A DNA stretch of 64,000 nucleotides from Patescibacteria group bacterium (GTDB lineage Bacteria; Patescibacteriota; Minisyncoccia; Phycocordibacterales; JAKFXT01). The translations under genes were made by a program, and so were the position numbers. The DNA lies in contig JAKFXT010000008.1 in NCBI GenBank assembly GCA_021731245.1, forward strand, positions 1,045 through 65,044, given 5' to 3'. The notes under the pieces are model-generated. The model saw only the letters and a list, made by a program, of their open reading frames with translations. It was not told where the DNA came from and ran no database searches. Positions 9,674 through 19,806 of the stretch are shown one piece after another. The stretch's first letter is position 1. Each line of letters opens with the position of its first letter.

Positions 9674-10312
9674 ATGGTTATCACTTATTTCGGACATGAA
9701 TTTTTTAAAGTGCAATTTGGAGACATAACTCTTGCTTTTAATCCTATTTCTAAAGACTCCAAATTAAAGACTTCTCGCTTTGGGGCAGATATCGCTCTTA
9801 TTTCAATGAGGAATGATGATATGAATGGTGAGGACCAAGTCTCTTTTGGAGAAAGAAACGCTTTTGTTATAAAAGGACCAGGTGAATATGAAGTGAAAGA
9901 GGTGTTTGTAAAAGGATTTCTCTCTAATCCAAAAGAAAAATCTGGACCACTAAATACAATTTATACAGTGAATCTTGAGGGAATGAACATTTGTTTTTTG
10001 GGGGCCCTCGCTAACAAAGACTTAGGCTCTGATGTGAAAGAAGTCTTGGGTGATATAGATATTCTTTTTGTGCCAATTGGCGGAGGTGACGTTCTTACTT
10101 CATCTGAAGGATATAAGCTCGCAGTTTCGCTTGGCGCAAGATTAATTATTCCAATGCATTATGGAGAAGGAAAAACTGGAGCGGATAATTTAAAAACTTT
10201 TCTAAAAGAAGGCGGTAAGGGAAATGTATCGCCTGAAGAAAAATTAACTCTAAAGAAAAAAGATTTGGAAGGCAAAGAAGGAGAAATTGCTGCTCTTAGT
10301 TCCAATGCGTAA
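9674..10312 (+). CDS. metallo-beta-lactamase-fold protein
   Basis: ITYFGHEFF, GPGEYEV, DILFVPIGGG, IIPMHY; the canonical HxHxDH is degenerate. Confidence 0.8.
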   Translation: MVITYFGHEFFKVQFGDITLAFNPISKDSKLKTSRFGADIALISMRNDDMNGEDQVSFGERNAFVIKGPGEYEVKEVFVKGFLSNPKEKSGPLNTIYTVNLEGMNICFLGALANKDLGSDVKEVLGDIDILFVPIGGGDVLTSSEGYKLAVSLGARLIIPMHYGEGKTGADNLKTFLKEGGKGNVSPEEKLTLKKKDLEGKEGEIAALSSNA

Positions 10313-10337
10313 AGGTTTTTAATAAAAAAGTTTTTTT

Positions 10338-10425
10338 GTTTGCGTTTGAATTACACGTATAATTTTCTGCTGAAAATTTACTCTGCTCGGCTCGCCAGCT
10401 TGTGCAAGGTAATACAAATGCAAAC
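10338..10425. repeat. family B structured repeat, copy 2
   Basis: GTTTGCGTTTGAATTAC...GTAATACAAATGCAAAC imperfect TIR, internal AATTTTCTGCTGAAAATT hairpin, GCTCG and GCAAGG motifs. Confidence 0.7.
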
Positions 10426-10451
10426 GTGGAGTGTTAAGATACAATACAAAT

Positions 10452-10727
10452 ATGAGTTGGCTGTTTAATTACATACACAGATTACAGCAGTTACCTTTGG
10501 ATGAGAAAAAAAGGAAAGCTCGTGTAATTGCGGGCGTACTAACTTTTATTGTTTTTATTTTTTGGCTTTCAACTTTGGCCCTTTCCAACGATAGGAGTGT
10601 CACAAGTGGAGTAAATATAGATATAACTCCATTAAAAAACATAAAATCTGCAACAGGTGACATTGTAAACAGCTTAACTAATTTGAAAAATAGTTTTAAT
10701 AAAATGGGGACTACAACTCTGGAGTAG
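10452..10727 (+). CDS. small single-pass membrane protein
   Basis: Basic patch followed by a hydrophobic helix; upstream of gyrA. Confidence 0.65.
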   Translation: MSWLFNYIHRLQQLPLDEKKRKARVIAGVLTFIVFIFWLSTLALSNDRSVTSGVNIDITPLKNIKSATGDIVNSLTNLKNSFNKMGTTTLE

Positions 10728-10817
10728 TGAGAGACTCCAAAGTGGCTAACTAGAGCCACTTTGAGGCCGTATTTCCTCTTCATTTTTTAAATTAAACATG
10801 CTAAAATAGGAGGAAAT

Positions 10818-13292
10818 ATGGCGAAAAAGCAGGAAGATTTAAAATCTGAAAAACCAGAAAAAGACGAAGAACGCGGAATAGTTATCCGCGATATTTCTGA
10901 TGAAATGCGAAAGTCTTACTTGGACTACGCAATGTCTGTTATCACATCGCGCGCCCTTCCTGATATTCGTGATGGACTGAAGCCTGTGCATCGCAGAATT
11001 CTTTTTACAATGCATGAAATGGGGCTCGTTGCATCCGCCAAATTAAGAAAGTCCGCTGCGGTAGTGGGAGATGTAATGGGAAAGTATCACCCGCACGGCG
11101 ACTCTGCTATTTATGAGTCTATGGTCAAAATGGCACAAGATTTTACTTTTAGATATCCATTGGTGATTGGACAAGGAAACTTCGGCTCAATTGATGGAGA
11201 TAATGCCGCTGCTATGCGTTATACGGAAGCAAAAATGTCTAAGCTTTCCGCAGAGCTCCTTCGTGATTTGGAAAAAGAAACAGTAGACTTTCGTCTCAAT
11301 TATGACTCCACAAGAAAAGAGCCAAGTGTTTTTCCATCCGCTGTACCGAATCTTTTATTAAATGGAACATTGGGAATTGCAGTTGGTATGGCAACAAATA
11401 TTCCACCGCACAATCTAAAAGAAGTTGTGGAGGCGACCATACATTTAATAGAAAATAAAGAAGCCTCAACTGAAGACCTACTAGAATTTGTTAAAGGCCC
11501 AGATTTCCCAACGGGAGGCATTGCTTACAATCAGACAGATATTTCTCACGCTTATATCAATGGTCGTGGGGGAGTTGTCGTGCGAGGTGTTGCAGACATT
11601 GTGGAGCAAAAAGGAGGGCAATTCCAAATCATTATTACTTCCATTCCATATCGCGTTAATAAATCTGATTTGATAGTTTCTATCGCGGACTTGGTGCGTG
11701 ACAAAAAATTGGAAGGAATAAAAGGAATCCGCGATGAGTCCACAAGAGATATTCGTGTGGTTATTGATTTGAAAAATGGAGTACAACCACAAAAGGTTTT
11801 GAATTTTATATACAAGCACACACAACTTGAAGAAGCTTTCCATTACAACAACGTAGCTTTGGTAAACGGTATTCCGCAGACGCTTTCTCTAAAGGCGATG
11901 CTTCAGGAGTTTATTACCCACAGACAAGAAGTAGTGCGACGCCGAAGTGAATTTGATTTAAGAAAAGCTAAAGACAGAGAACACATTTTGCTCGGTCTTA
12001 AGAAGGCGTTGGACCATATAGATGAAATAGTAAAACTGATAAGAAAGTCTAAGGATGTAGAAACTGCAAAGCTTGGACTCATGAAAGAGTTTAAGTTTTC
12101 TGATCGCCAAGCAGTAGCTATTTTGGAAATGCGTTTGCAGAAATTGGCCGGACTTGAAAGACAGAAAGTAGAAGACGAACTTAAAGAAGTAAAAGCTCTA
12201 ATAGAATTTCTTGAAGACATTTTAAAGAGTGATAAGAAAATGCTTGGAATTATAAAAAAGGAATTACAAGAAATCTCCGAAAAGTATGGTGATGAAAGAA
12301 AAACAAAAATAGTTAAAGGAGGTATCAAGACTTTCTCAATGGAAGATTTGGTGCCGGATGAAGAAACCGTCCTTGTTTATACAGCAGGTGGTTACATAAA
12401 GAGAACAAATCCCGATGAATATAGAAAACAAAAGCGCGGAGGTGTGGGTGTGGTTGATTTAGATACTAAAGAAGAAGATTTTATTACGCAATTTGTAACG
12501 ACGTCCACTCACAGTGACCTACTTTTCTTTACTGATAAGGGAAAGGTTTATCAATTGAAAATGTATGAAGTTCCAGAAGGACGTCGTGCAACGCGCGGTA
12601 AGTCCATTATGAATTTCCTTTCTATTTCATCGGATGAAAAAATAACTTCAATTCTTCCAATAACTAAAGATAATAAGAAGACAAAGTTTTCATTAATGAT
12701 GATTACTAAAGGTGGAGTGGGAAAGAAAGTGGCAGCAGAAAGCTTCCATGATGTGCGCCGAAGCGGAATTATTGCAATACGTCTAGATCAAGGTGACTCT
12801 CTAATTTCTGCAATGCTTGTTGAAAAAGGAGACAGTGTAATTCTAGGAACTAATGATGGTCAGTCTATTCGCTTTGATGAGGCGGACATTCGTGAGATGG
12901 GTCGCGCCGCAGGTGGAGTGCGTGCTATTAAACTCGATAAGAAAGATTTTATTGTAGCTTCCGACGTGGTGCGGAAAGAAACTGCCAAAGACGCAGAACT
13001 TCTTGTAATAAGTTCCAATGGCTACGGCAAGAGAACCTCACTTGATGAATATAAAATACAAAATAGAGGTGGGTCTGGAATAAAGACTATGAAAGTTACT
13101 CCCAAAACAGGAGTTGTTATAACGGGTGCGGTTGTTTGCGGAGAAGAAGCCGAGGTTGTAGCGATTTCTAAGAAAAGCCAAGTTATAAGAATTGATGTAA
13201 AAGAAATTCCCTCACTTAGTCGTGCAACTCAAGGTGTGCGCGTGATGCGTATGCGTGACGGGGATTCCATCGCGTCTCTTATTTGTCTCTAA
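10818..13292 (+). CDS. gyrA: DNA gyrase subunit A
   Basis: [22 protein letters not shown] catalytic Tyr, GyrA box QKRGGVG. Confidence 0.98.
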   Translation: MAKKQEDLKSEKPEKDEERGIVIRDISDEMRKSYLDYAMSVITSRALPDIRDGLKPVHRRILFTMHEMGLVASAKLRKSAAVVGDVMGKYHPHGDSAIYESMVKMAQDFTFRYPLVIGQGNFGSIDGDNAAAMRYTEAKMSKLSAELLRDLEKETVDFRLNYDSTRKEPSVFPSAVPNLLLNGTLGIAVGMATNIPPHNLKEVVEATIHLIENKEASTEDLLEFVKGPDFPTGGIAYNQTDISHAYINGRGGVVVRGVADIVEQKGGQFQIIITSIPYRVNKSDLIVSIADLVRDKKLEGIKGIRDESTRDIRVVIDLKNGVQPQKVLNFIYKHTQLEEAFHYNNVALVNGIPQTLSLKAMLQEFITHRQEVVRRRSEFDLRKAKDREHILLGLKKALDHIDEIVKLIRKSKDVETAKLGLMKEFKFSDRQAVAILEMRLQKLAGLERQKVEDELKEVKALIEFLEDILKSDKKMLGIIKKELQEISEKYGDERKTKIVKGGIKTFSMEDLVPDEETVLVYTAGGYIKRTNPDEYRKQKRGGVGVVDLDTKEEDFITQFVTTSTHSDLLFFTDKGKVYQLKMYEVPEGRRATRGKSIMNFLSISSDEKITSILPITKDNKKTKFSLMMITKGGVGKKVAAESFHDVRRSGIIAIRLDQGDSLISAMLVEKGDSVILGTNDGQSIRFDEADIREMGRAAGGVRAIKLDKKDFIVASDVVRKETAKDAELLVISSNGYGKRTSLDEYKIQNRGGSGIKTMKVTPKTGVVITGAVVCGEEAEVVAISKKSQVIRIDVKEIPSLSRATQGVRVMRMRDGDSIASLICL

Positions 13293-13344
13293 AATAAATA
13301 GCACTGTTAATTGTTAGTTGGGGCTTGTGGGTTATAATTTACTT

Positions 13345-13872
13345 GTGTCATTTGCATATCCTAAATCAAATATTTCCAACCTTTTAATAGGAGAAGAAAT
13401 GAAAGTGTTAGACGTTGGTGCCGGAAGTGGTGCCTATACTTTGGCGGTGGCCGAACTTGCAAAGAACGGCAAGGTTTATGCAGTGGATGTACAGAAAGAA
13501 CTATTGGCTAAAATAAAAGCAGAAGGAGCCAAAAGGCATTTACATAATATAGAAGGAATTTGGGCTGATATAGAAAAGCCCCACGCTACAAAACTGGCTG
13601 ACAAAATAATAGATGTCGGAATCGTTTCTAATATTTTATTTCAAGTAGAACACAAAGAAGGCCTAGCAAAGGAGGTTTCTCGTTTGATTAGACCAAGAGG
13701 TAAACTAATGGTAATTGATTGGAGCGATTCTTTTGGCGGACTTGGCCCACAGGCGAAAGACGTTTTTAATGCTAATCGCACCAAAGGATTGTTTGAAACG
13801 GTTGGATTCAAATCAGTTAAAGAGTTTGATGCGGGCGACCACCACTACGGTATAATATTTGAACGAACATAA
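13345..13872 (+). CDS. class I SAM-dependent methyltransferase
   Basis: VLDVGAGSG motif I, YAVDVQ; GTG start 6 nt after TATAAT. Confidence 0.85.
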   Translation: MSFAYPKSNISNLLIGEEMKVLDVGAGSGAYTLAVAELAKNGKVYAVDVQKELLAKIKAEGAKRHLHNIEGIWADIEKPHATKLADKIIDVGIVSNILFQVEHKEGLAKEVSRLIRPRGKLMVIDWSDSFGGLGPQAKDVFNANRTKGLFETVGFKSVKEFDAGDHHYGIIFERT

Positions 13873-13876
13873 ATCT

Positions 13877-15184
13877 ATGGGTGAAATGTCACGATTCCAA
13901 ATAATTCTCCTTGCCCTCTTTGTATTTTTTATAATTGGAGGCGTTTTGGCCTTCTCTCTTTATCAAGGTTCAAAACAAAACGCTCATCCTCAAGTTGTGC
14001 TCTGGGGGACGCTTTCTGAGCAAATGTTTCGCACCATGTTTGATAGTGGAGAATATAGATCAAGTGGGCTTAATGTTTTTTATGTTGAAAAGGATGCAGT
14101 CACATTTGATAGAGATTTTGTAAACGCTCTTGCTGAAGGCAAAGGACCCGATTTAGTTTTGATGCCACAGGACTTGATTCAAAAAGAGAAAAACAAATTA
14201 GGCTTAATTCCATTTGAAACATATTCAGAAAGATCATATAAAGATTCTTTTGTAGAAGGAACGGAAATATTTATAGAAAGTGGGGGAGTGTCAGCCATTC
14301 CTTTTACAGTAGATCCGCTAGTTATGTATTGGAATCGTAATTTATTTCAAAATGCAGGTGTGTCTGTGCCTCCGAAACAGTGGGATGAATTTTTTGCTCT
14401 AGCTAGTAAATTGAGCGAAAAGGATAGTGCCGGAAACGTAAGAAAGAGCGTTGCTCCGCTCGGAGGGTTTTCTAATGTTAGAAATGCTAAAGAATTGATA
14501 AGTCTATTATTGATGCAGTCGGGCTCTTCTATTGTGATTGTTGGTTCACAAGGTGGACTTGAGGTTGATTTAAATAATTCAAAGCAAGTTGGAGGACAAA
14601 GTGGTGCCGAGCAAGCTCTTACTTTTTATACTACTTTCACCGACCCGACCTCTCCGAACCATTCTTGGAGTCGTGCTCTCCCAGAGTCTCAAAACGCATT
14701 TATAGGAGGAAATCTTGCAACTTATTTTGGTTTTGCAAGTGAACTTCCTAGTATAAGAGCGAAGAATCCTAATTTAAATTTTGATATTACAACCGTTCCT
14801 CAATTAAAAGGTTCAAACGTTAAAATGACCTACGGTCGTTTCAGCGCTTTTGCAATTCCTCTTCAAGCGAAAAACGGAGGAGAAGCAATTTTGGTAGCCC
14901 AAACCTTTACCTCAACACCGTTTGTGGCGCGCTTTACAGAAATAACAGGTCTTCCTCCAGTTAGACGCGACCTACTCTCTATTCCTCCCACAGATTCATA
15001 TAAACAAGTTTTCTATGGAAGCGCGCTTATAAGTCGTAGCTGGAGAGACCCAAATGGACTTGAGAGTAATAATATTTTCTCAAGTATGATTGATGATATT
15101 AATTCTGGGCGCGAAGGAGTGGGGAGTGCTTTGAGTAACGCTTCTGCGCAATTACAGCAACTATTACGTAGTTCAAATAATTAA
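13877..15184 (+). CDS. extracellular solute-binding protein (family 1-like), membrane anchored
   Basis: N-terminal TM helix, GKGPDL, AIPFTVDPLVMYWNRNLF, PPKQWDEF. Confidence 0.85.
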   Translation: MGEMSRFQIILLALFVFFIIGGVLAFSLYQGSKQNAHPQVVLWGTLSEQMFRTMFDSGEYRSSGLNVFYVEKDAVTFDRDFVNALAEGKGPDLVLMPQDLIQKEKNKLGLIPFETYSERSYKDSFVEGTEIFIESGGVSAIPFTVDPLVMYWNRNLFQNAGVSVPPKQWDEFFALASKLSEKDSAGNVRKSVAPLGGFSNVRNAKELISLLLMQSGSSIVIVGSQGGLEVDLNNSKQVGGQSGAEQALTFYTTFTDPTSPNHSWSRALPESQNAFIGGNLATYFGFASELPSIRAKNPNLNFDITTVPQLKGSNVKMTYGRFSAFAIPLQAKNGGEAILVAQTFTSTPFVARFTEITGLPPVRRDLLSIPPTDSYKQVFYGSALISRSWRDPNGLESNNIFSSMIDDINSGREGVGSALSNASAQLQQLLRSSNN

Positions 15185-15216
15185 ATGGTAAATACTTAAT
15201 ATTCGTGAAATAATTT

Positions 15217-15669
15217 ATGAACATGTTTAAAAAAATCCTTGCTACAGCAATACCCTTTATTTTTTCCTTGAGTCTATTATTACCAGTAGTTTCTACTGAA
15301 GTTTTTGCACAACAGGACAGGTCTGTAAATACAAATTCTTCAAATCAGGATAGAGGAGTTAATACAAATAGTCAGAATCAAACTTGTACAGGTAATGATT
15401 GTACTCTAACTAATCCTTTCACCATTAGCACTGTCACACAATTATTAAATGCCATTCTGGATATACTTATAAAAATTGGTTGGATATTAGCATTCTTCTT
15501 TCTTATTTATGCTGGATTTTTATTTGTTACTGCCGCAGGAAGCGAGGAACAAATAAATAAAGCCAAAGATACATTTAAATGGACGGTTATAGGTTCCGCC
15601 ATTGTTCTTGGCGCTAAAGCCCTAGCTATTATCATTGAAACTACTGTGAAAGAAGTGGTAGGAAGATAA
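15217..15669 (+). CDS. TrbC/VirB2-like pilin
   Basis: Signal peptide ending VFA, two hydrophobic helices around AAGSEEQINKAKDTFKWTVIG. Confidence 0.8.
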   Translation: MNMFKKILATAIPFIFSLSLLLPVVSTEVFAQQDRSVNTNSSNQDRGVNTNSQNQTCTGNDCTLTNPFTISTVTQLLNAILDILIKIGWILAFFFLIYAGFLFVTAAGSEEQINKAKDTFKWTVIGSAIVLGAKALAIIIETTVKEVVGR

Positions 15670-15672
15670 AAA

Positions 15673-16044
15673 ATGAAATCTTTTTTTAAATTGTTAATTG
15701 TTAGTTGTGGGTTGTTAGTCCCACTTATTGTTTTCGCCGCTCCAGAAAATTTCAAATCTTTAATTAATATATTCACCAATTTAATAAAAGCTATAATTCC
15801 AGTAATAGGAGGCCTAGCAATTCTTTATTTCTTTTGGGGTATAGCAAAATATATATTTTCTGCTGGCAGTGAAGAACTTCGAAGTGAGGCTAAAAATGTA
15901 ATGACTTGGGGACTGGTTGCAATGTTCGTCATGTTTTCTTTTTATGGAATTTTGTCACTTTTTGGGTACTCTTTTTTACCTAGTTTTGGTCAAAATAGCT
16001 CTGGGTCAAACAATTTAGAAATCATAGACCCGTATAGACCTTAA
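15673..16044 (+). CDS. TrbC/VirB2-like pilin
   Basis: FFWGIAKYIFSAGSEE..EAKNVMTWGL. Confidence 0.8.
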   Translation: MKSFFKLLIVSCGLLVPLIVFAAPENFKSLINIFTNLIKAIIPVIGGLAILYFFWGIAKYIFSAGSEELRSEAKNVMTWGLVAMFVMFSFYGILSLFGYSFLPSFGQNSSGSNNLEIIDPYRP

Positions 16045-16152
16045 TGAGAGAACTTCTTGTTAGCGGTTTCTATCCACAGGACCCCTTGTTTAAGCTGGGA
16101 AATACTTGTAAAATGTAAGTATTTAAAAGGTTATTAGTTATTTATTTAGTAA

Positions 16153-16524
16153 ATGAAAAAAACTTATATAAAGTTAGCAATATTATTAGCTTCTTTTATT
16201 CCTGTTTTAGCTTTGGCTCAAGCTGGTCAAGCTATAGGTACGCTTGATGATATTATTGGGCAAATTGCAGGAATTGTTCAAAAATTAATTCCTATAGCTT
16301 TCGGTCTCGCTATTTTAGGATTTTTCTGGGGCTTGGCCAAATATATCTTCTCTGCTGGAAACGAAGAAAGTAAGGTAGAAGGTAAGAAAATAATGCTTTA
16401 TGGACTTGTTGCGATTTTTGTTATGGCTTCAGTTTTCGGAATTGTAAGATTGGCTCAAAGAACTCTGGGTATAGATGATCGCGCTAATATTAATGTGCCA
16501 AACGTTACTATTCCTAGGAACTAG
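16153..16524 (+). CDS. TrbC/VirB2-like pilin
   Basis: FFWGLAKYIFSAGNEE..EGKKIMLYGL; paralog of the previous gene. Confidence 0.8.
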   Translation: MKKTYIKLAILLASFIPVLALAQAGQAIGTLDDIIGQIAGIVQKLIPIAFGLAILGFFWGLAKYIFSAGNEESKVEGKKIMLYGLVAIFVMASVFGIVRLAQRTLGIDDRANINVPNVTIPRN

Positions 16525-16562
16525 CACATCTTGTATTTTTCTGTTGGTTTCTTCTGTAATTG

Positions 16563-16805
16563 ATGACGTCAGATCAAATTCTAAATAATATTATTTCAAG
16601 TATAATTCAACCCTTCGTTGGCTTACTCTTTGCTGTCGCTTTCCTTGTATTCTTTTGGGGAATTTTCCAAATGATAAAAGGAGCCGATAGTGAAGAGGAT
16701 TTGAAGACAGGAAAGCGCCACTTACTTTGGGGGCTCATTGGCTTACTTATTATGTTTGGGGCACAGGGAATACTGATGATAATAAAAGGTACGTTTCAGT
16801 TGTAG
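16563..16805 (+). CDS. TrbC/VirB2-like pilin (no signal peptide)
   Basis: FFWGIFQMIKGADSEE..TGKRHLLWGL. Confidence 0.75.
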   Translation: MTSDQILNNIISSIIQPFVGLLFAVAFLVFFWGIFQMIKGADSEEDLKTGKRHLLWGLIGLLIMFGAQGILMIIKGTFQL

Positions 16806-16829
16806 GACGTAAATCATTTAAGAAAAAGA

Positions 16830-16854
16830 AAAAGCCGCCTTGGGGGCGGCTTTT
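16830..16854. terminator. bidirectional intrinsic terminator
   Basis: AAAAGCCGCC-TTGGG-GGCGGCTTTT. Confidence 0.8.
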
Positions 16855-16883
16855 CGTCGGGTGTTAAACCCAACAATTAAAGA

Positions 16884-17570
16884 TCATTTCAGTTTCGCAA
16901 ACCAGAGGAGCTCTTTTTTCGACATGGAGGCGACTTCGAACTTGACGCCGGTGAGTTCGGGTTTTTCTGAAATGAAGCTCGTCCCTGGACGATCCCCATC
17001 AAAGACCCAATTTCTTTCCGGTTTTTCTCCGTCATCGCACAGAATGCCTCGGCTTTTCACCTCGCCCGAACTGTTGAAGCCTCGATAGGCGACACACCCT
17101 CTCTCTTTTCCAGTCAGGCCCTGTTCCCAGGGTCGGGAGTCTATCTGGAAAACAACCAGACTCCCATCTGCAGGCAAGGCTTTCTCGATCCTTGAAATCG
17201 AGACAGCTTTCGGACTTTCACTTTTCCACCAGTCTCGCAGGGATTGACCCCAGGGAGAAAGGAGAAACAGTGATAAAGCAAAGGCCGTAACCGATAGGCA
17301 CCAGCTCCGTCTGATGAAGCTGTTATCGGTAAAGTTGATCAGTGCGGCTGTAGCTGTCGCAATGACGGCTACGTTCAAGGCAAGCCATACTGGTCTCCAG
17401 AGCTCGACGTCGAAGGTATTCTTTTCAAGCAGAGAGTAAGCCACGAGGAGAGATGCGGCGAAGATGATTCCTCCGCCAGCATATACCCCGTACTTTTTCA
17501 CTGTTTGGTAGATTTCCTGACTTCTTTCGACGAGCGCTGGGTCTTTCACACGACTAATTGTTGTAGACAT
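16884..17570 (-). CDS. hypothetical membrane protein (3 TM plus soluble C-terminal domain), GC-rich
   Basis: AGGAG SD; co-oriented with the upstream SPFH gene. Confidence 0.7.
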   Translation of the reverse strand: MSTTISRVKDPALVERSQEIYQTVKKYGVYAGGGIIFAASLLVAYSLLEKNTFDVELWRPVWLALNVAVIATATAALINFTDNSFIRRSWCLSVTAFALSLFLLSPWGQSLRDWWKSESPKAVSISRIEKALPADGSLVVFQIDSRPWEQGLTGKERGCVAYRGFNSSGEVKSRGILCDDGEKPERNWVFDGDRPGTSFISEKPELTGVKFEVASMSKKELLWFAKLK

Positions 17571-17585
17571 GGATAGCTCCTGATC

Positions 17586-18608
17586 TCAAGCTGTTTTACC
17601 GAAGATTTGCTTAAGGGTGGCCACGGCCGCGTCTGCGCCTTGACCTTGTACCCCGATGATGCTGAGGGAAGCTCTCTCCGCGCTTACTAAAACCGTCTTC
17701 ATCGCGTCGTCGAAGGAAATTTCTTTCCCTCCGTCTTTCTTACTTTCCACGACGAGTCTGTTGGCGGCTCTGCGATATCGCTCCACGACAGCTTCATTGG
17801 TAATCGCTTCCTGTAGAGATTTGTCGATCTCAACATCATTGATTGTTGCAACAAGGATGTTGATGCCATACATCTTTTCTTTTTCACCACGAGCTTTAAC
17901 GCTCGGATCGACTTCTCCTGTCGCCGTCACTCCGGTACCCAAAGCTGTCACGGCAATTTTTTTCAGTTTTTCAATTTCTTGCCTTGTTTCAGCCGGAGTC
18001 AGTTTGCAGATTTCCTTCATCAGGGCCTCTGATACAGATTTGATGAGAGCCTCTTCGATTGCAGACTCATCAACCCCTAGATGTTGAGGAAGTTCGGCAA
18101 GAACTCTGCGAAATTGCAGCAGCCCCTTGATCTTCACCAGGGGGCCAATTTCCTTATCGTTCTCTCCTCTTGTGGGGAAGTCTTCTTCGAAGGAGCGTTC
18201 GGTAAGACGAAGATTGATGTAACGACTTTTCTCCACTTGTTCCCATGGTAGCCGGACGGAAAGTCCCGGTCCGTACACACGCATGTTTCCCGTGAAGTAA
18301 TTCGTCGTGACGAGTCCCGTCCATTCCGTAACCGAGACACTCAGTCCTTCGAAAAATTTGTTGAAGAAAAGAGTGAATAGTCCCAGCCCCAAAAGCCAGC
18401 CATATTGCAGGCCAACAGATGAGAATGAAACTCCCGCAAGTACGATGAAAGCGGAGAGAGCTAAAACCATAAGCAAGATAGCGAAGCTAACTCGCTGGTT
18501 TTGTTGCACATACCACTCATCGCCGAGGGCAAGGGTGTCGTCCACTAAGGGCGACGTAGACCTTTCTGACCAAGACCATGTCGGCCAAGACCAATTTATA
18601 AGTTTCAT
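17586..18608 (-). CDS. SPFH/band-7 domain membrane protein, GC-rich
   Basis: Two TM helices, then GPGLSVRLPWEQV and YGINILVATINDVE..LQEAI stomatin-like pattern; GAGGAG SD before ATG 18608. Confidence 0.75.
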   Translation of the reverse strand: MKLINWSWPTWSWSERSTSPLVDDTLALGDEWYVQQNQRVSFAILLMVLALSAFIVLAGVSFSSVGLQYGWLLGLGLFTLFFNKFFEGLSVSVTEWTGLVTTNYFTGNMRVYGPGLSVRLPWEQVEKSRYINLRLTERSFEEDFPTRGENDKEIGPLVKIKGLLQFRRVLAELPQHLGVDESAIEEALIKSVSEALMKEICKLTPAETRQEIEKLKKIAVTALGTGVTATGEVDPSVKARGEKEKMYGINILVATINDVEIDKSLQEAITNEAVVERYRRAANRLVVESKKDGGKEISFDDAMKTVLVSAERASLSIIGVQGQGADAAVATLKQIFGKTA

Positions 18609-18796
18609 TTTCTGATTCTCCTCATTGGTTAATTCTGGTTTTTGTCGATGGGAAGAGGCGGAATGCCTCAACCCGAACTAAATCGTATCTACCCCTAATA
18701 ATAGCATATTTTATAGTAAAAGTCAAGTGCTAGAAACACAAAAATACGGCTTTATTTAGCCGTATTTTTGTGTAATTTTATTTGCGGTGAACTTGT

Positions 18797-19062
18797 GGTC
18801 ACAAATATTTCCTCGTCGTCACTAGAAAATTTCGCGACCCCAGCTCGCGATTTCATTTGCTAATGAAATATCGCTCCGCTTCTCACAAACTAAAAACCTC
18901 CCGCAGGGGAGATTTTTTACGTTTGTGAGCAACAATAATTTGTTCGCCGTCGCTCACAAATTTTCCTTACCCGGCCTCACTTATTTTACTTGCTAGTAAA
19001 ATATAGTTCCGGCTCTCACAAGCATGAAAAAATCCCAAGCAGTTGGGATTTGTTTCATCTTG
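18797..19062 (-). repeat. tRNA-linked structured repeat (family A), two tandem copies 3' of tRNA-Leu(TAG)
   Basis: GGGTCGCGAAATTTT...ACGACGAG...AAATATTTGTGACC core; 31 bp identical to 19596-19626; repeated TTGTGAGCAA tRNA end. Confidence 0.8.
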
Positions 19063-19144
19063 TGAGCAAGAGAGGACTCGAACCTCCACCCCTTGCGGGA
19101 CCAGTTCCTAAGACTGGCGCGTATACCAATTCCGCCACTTGCCC
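19063..19144 (-). tRNA. tRNA-Leu(TAG)
   Basis: Cloverleaf GGGCAAG/CTTGCTC, anticodon loop CTTAGGA, long variable arm, GGTTCGAGTCC. Confidence 0.95.
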
Positions 19145-19218
19145 AATGAAAAACATACTAACATAAAGTTTAAATTTTTTATTGCTGATAGTTTTTAAAT
19201 CTGTTACATTTCACAAAT

Positions 19219-19291
19219 CCGCCCATAGCTCAGTTGGTAGAGCAGATCCCTCTTAAGGATAAGGTCGTAGGTTCGAATCCTACTGGGCGGA
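19219..19291 (+). tRNA. tRNA-Lys(CTT)
   Basis: CCGCCCA/TGGGCGG acceptor, loop CTCTTAA, GGTTCGAATCC. Confidence 0.92.
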
Positions 19292-19304
19292 CTATTTTAT
19301 TTTC

Positions 19305-19455
19305 GGGTGGGGAATCGGTCACAAATAATTTTCTGCTGAAAATTTTCGCGACCCGACAAATAGTGCTTAGGCACTGTTTGTCCGCGCCGTCGCGCTACAA
19401 CTTTCGATTCCCGCCAGCCAAAAATTTATACCCACACAAGGCAGGTATAAATTTT
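19305..19455 (-). repeat. tRNA-linked structured repeat (family A) 3' of tRNA-Leu(TAA)
   Basis: GGGTCGCGAAAATTTTCAGCAGAAAATTATTTGTGACC core enclosed by GGGAATCG/CGATTCCC. Confidence 0.75.
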
Positions 19456-19540
19456 TGGTGCTCAGGGCGGGAATCGAACCCGCATGCCTTGCGGCCAGAG
19501 ATTTTAAGTCTCTTACGTCTACCAATTTCGTCACCCGAGC
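19456..19540 (-). tRNA. tRNA-Leu(TAA), CCA encoded
   Basis: GCTCGGG/CCTGAGC-A-CCA, AGAGA-CTTAAAA-TCTCT. Confidence 0.95.
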
Positions 19541-19561
19541 GCTAACAAAAGTAAAACTAAG

Positions 19562-19710
19562 TTTTACTTGAGGCGTAGGGCGGAATCGAGTCACAAATAA
19601 TTTGTTCGCCGTCGCTCACAAATTTTTGCGACCCCGTCTCGCGATTTATTTTACTAAATAAATCATCACTCCGACCGTTCGCTTCCTAAGTAAAATATAC
19701 ATTTTACTTG
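19562..19710 (-). repeat. tRNA-linked structured repeat (family A) 3' of tRNA-Cys, ending in a 28-bp copy of the tRNA 3' end
   Basis: TTTTACTTGAGGCGTAGGGCGGAATCGA at 19562-19589 and 19702-19729; GGGGTCGCAAAAATTTGTGAGCGACGGCG core. Confidence 0.85.
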
Positions 19711-19782
19711 AGGCGTAGGGCGGAATCGAACCGCCGTATAAGAGTTTTGCAGACTCTCGCCTTACCACTTGGCCACTACGCC
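19711..19782 (-). tRNA. tRNA-Cys(GCA)
   Basis: GGCGTAG/CTACGCC-T discriminator, loop CTGCAAA. Confidence 0.95.
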
Positions 19783-19806
19783 TTTCAATACAGTAACCAA
19801 ATTATC

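Noticed and set aside
19234-19594. ORFs of 103 and 75 aa in the tRNA cluster (likewise 26627-26975 and 49039-49374)
   Set aside because: They overlap clear tRNA genes and repeats, so they are spurious
18797-19729. Recurrent 30-bp motifs near the tRNA cluster as a CRISPR array
   Set aside because: Copies are few, divergent, irregularly spaced and tied to tRNA ends; no cas genes are present
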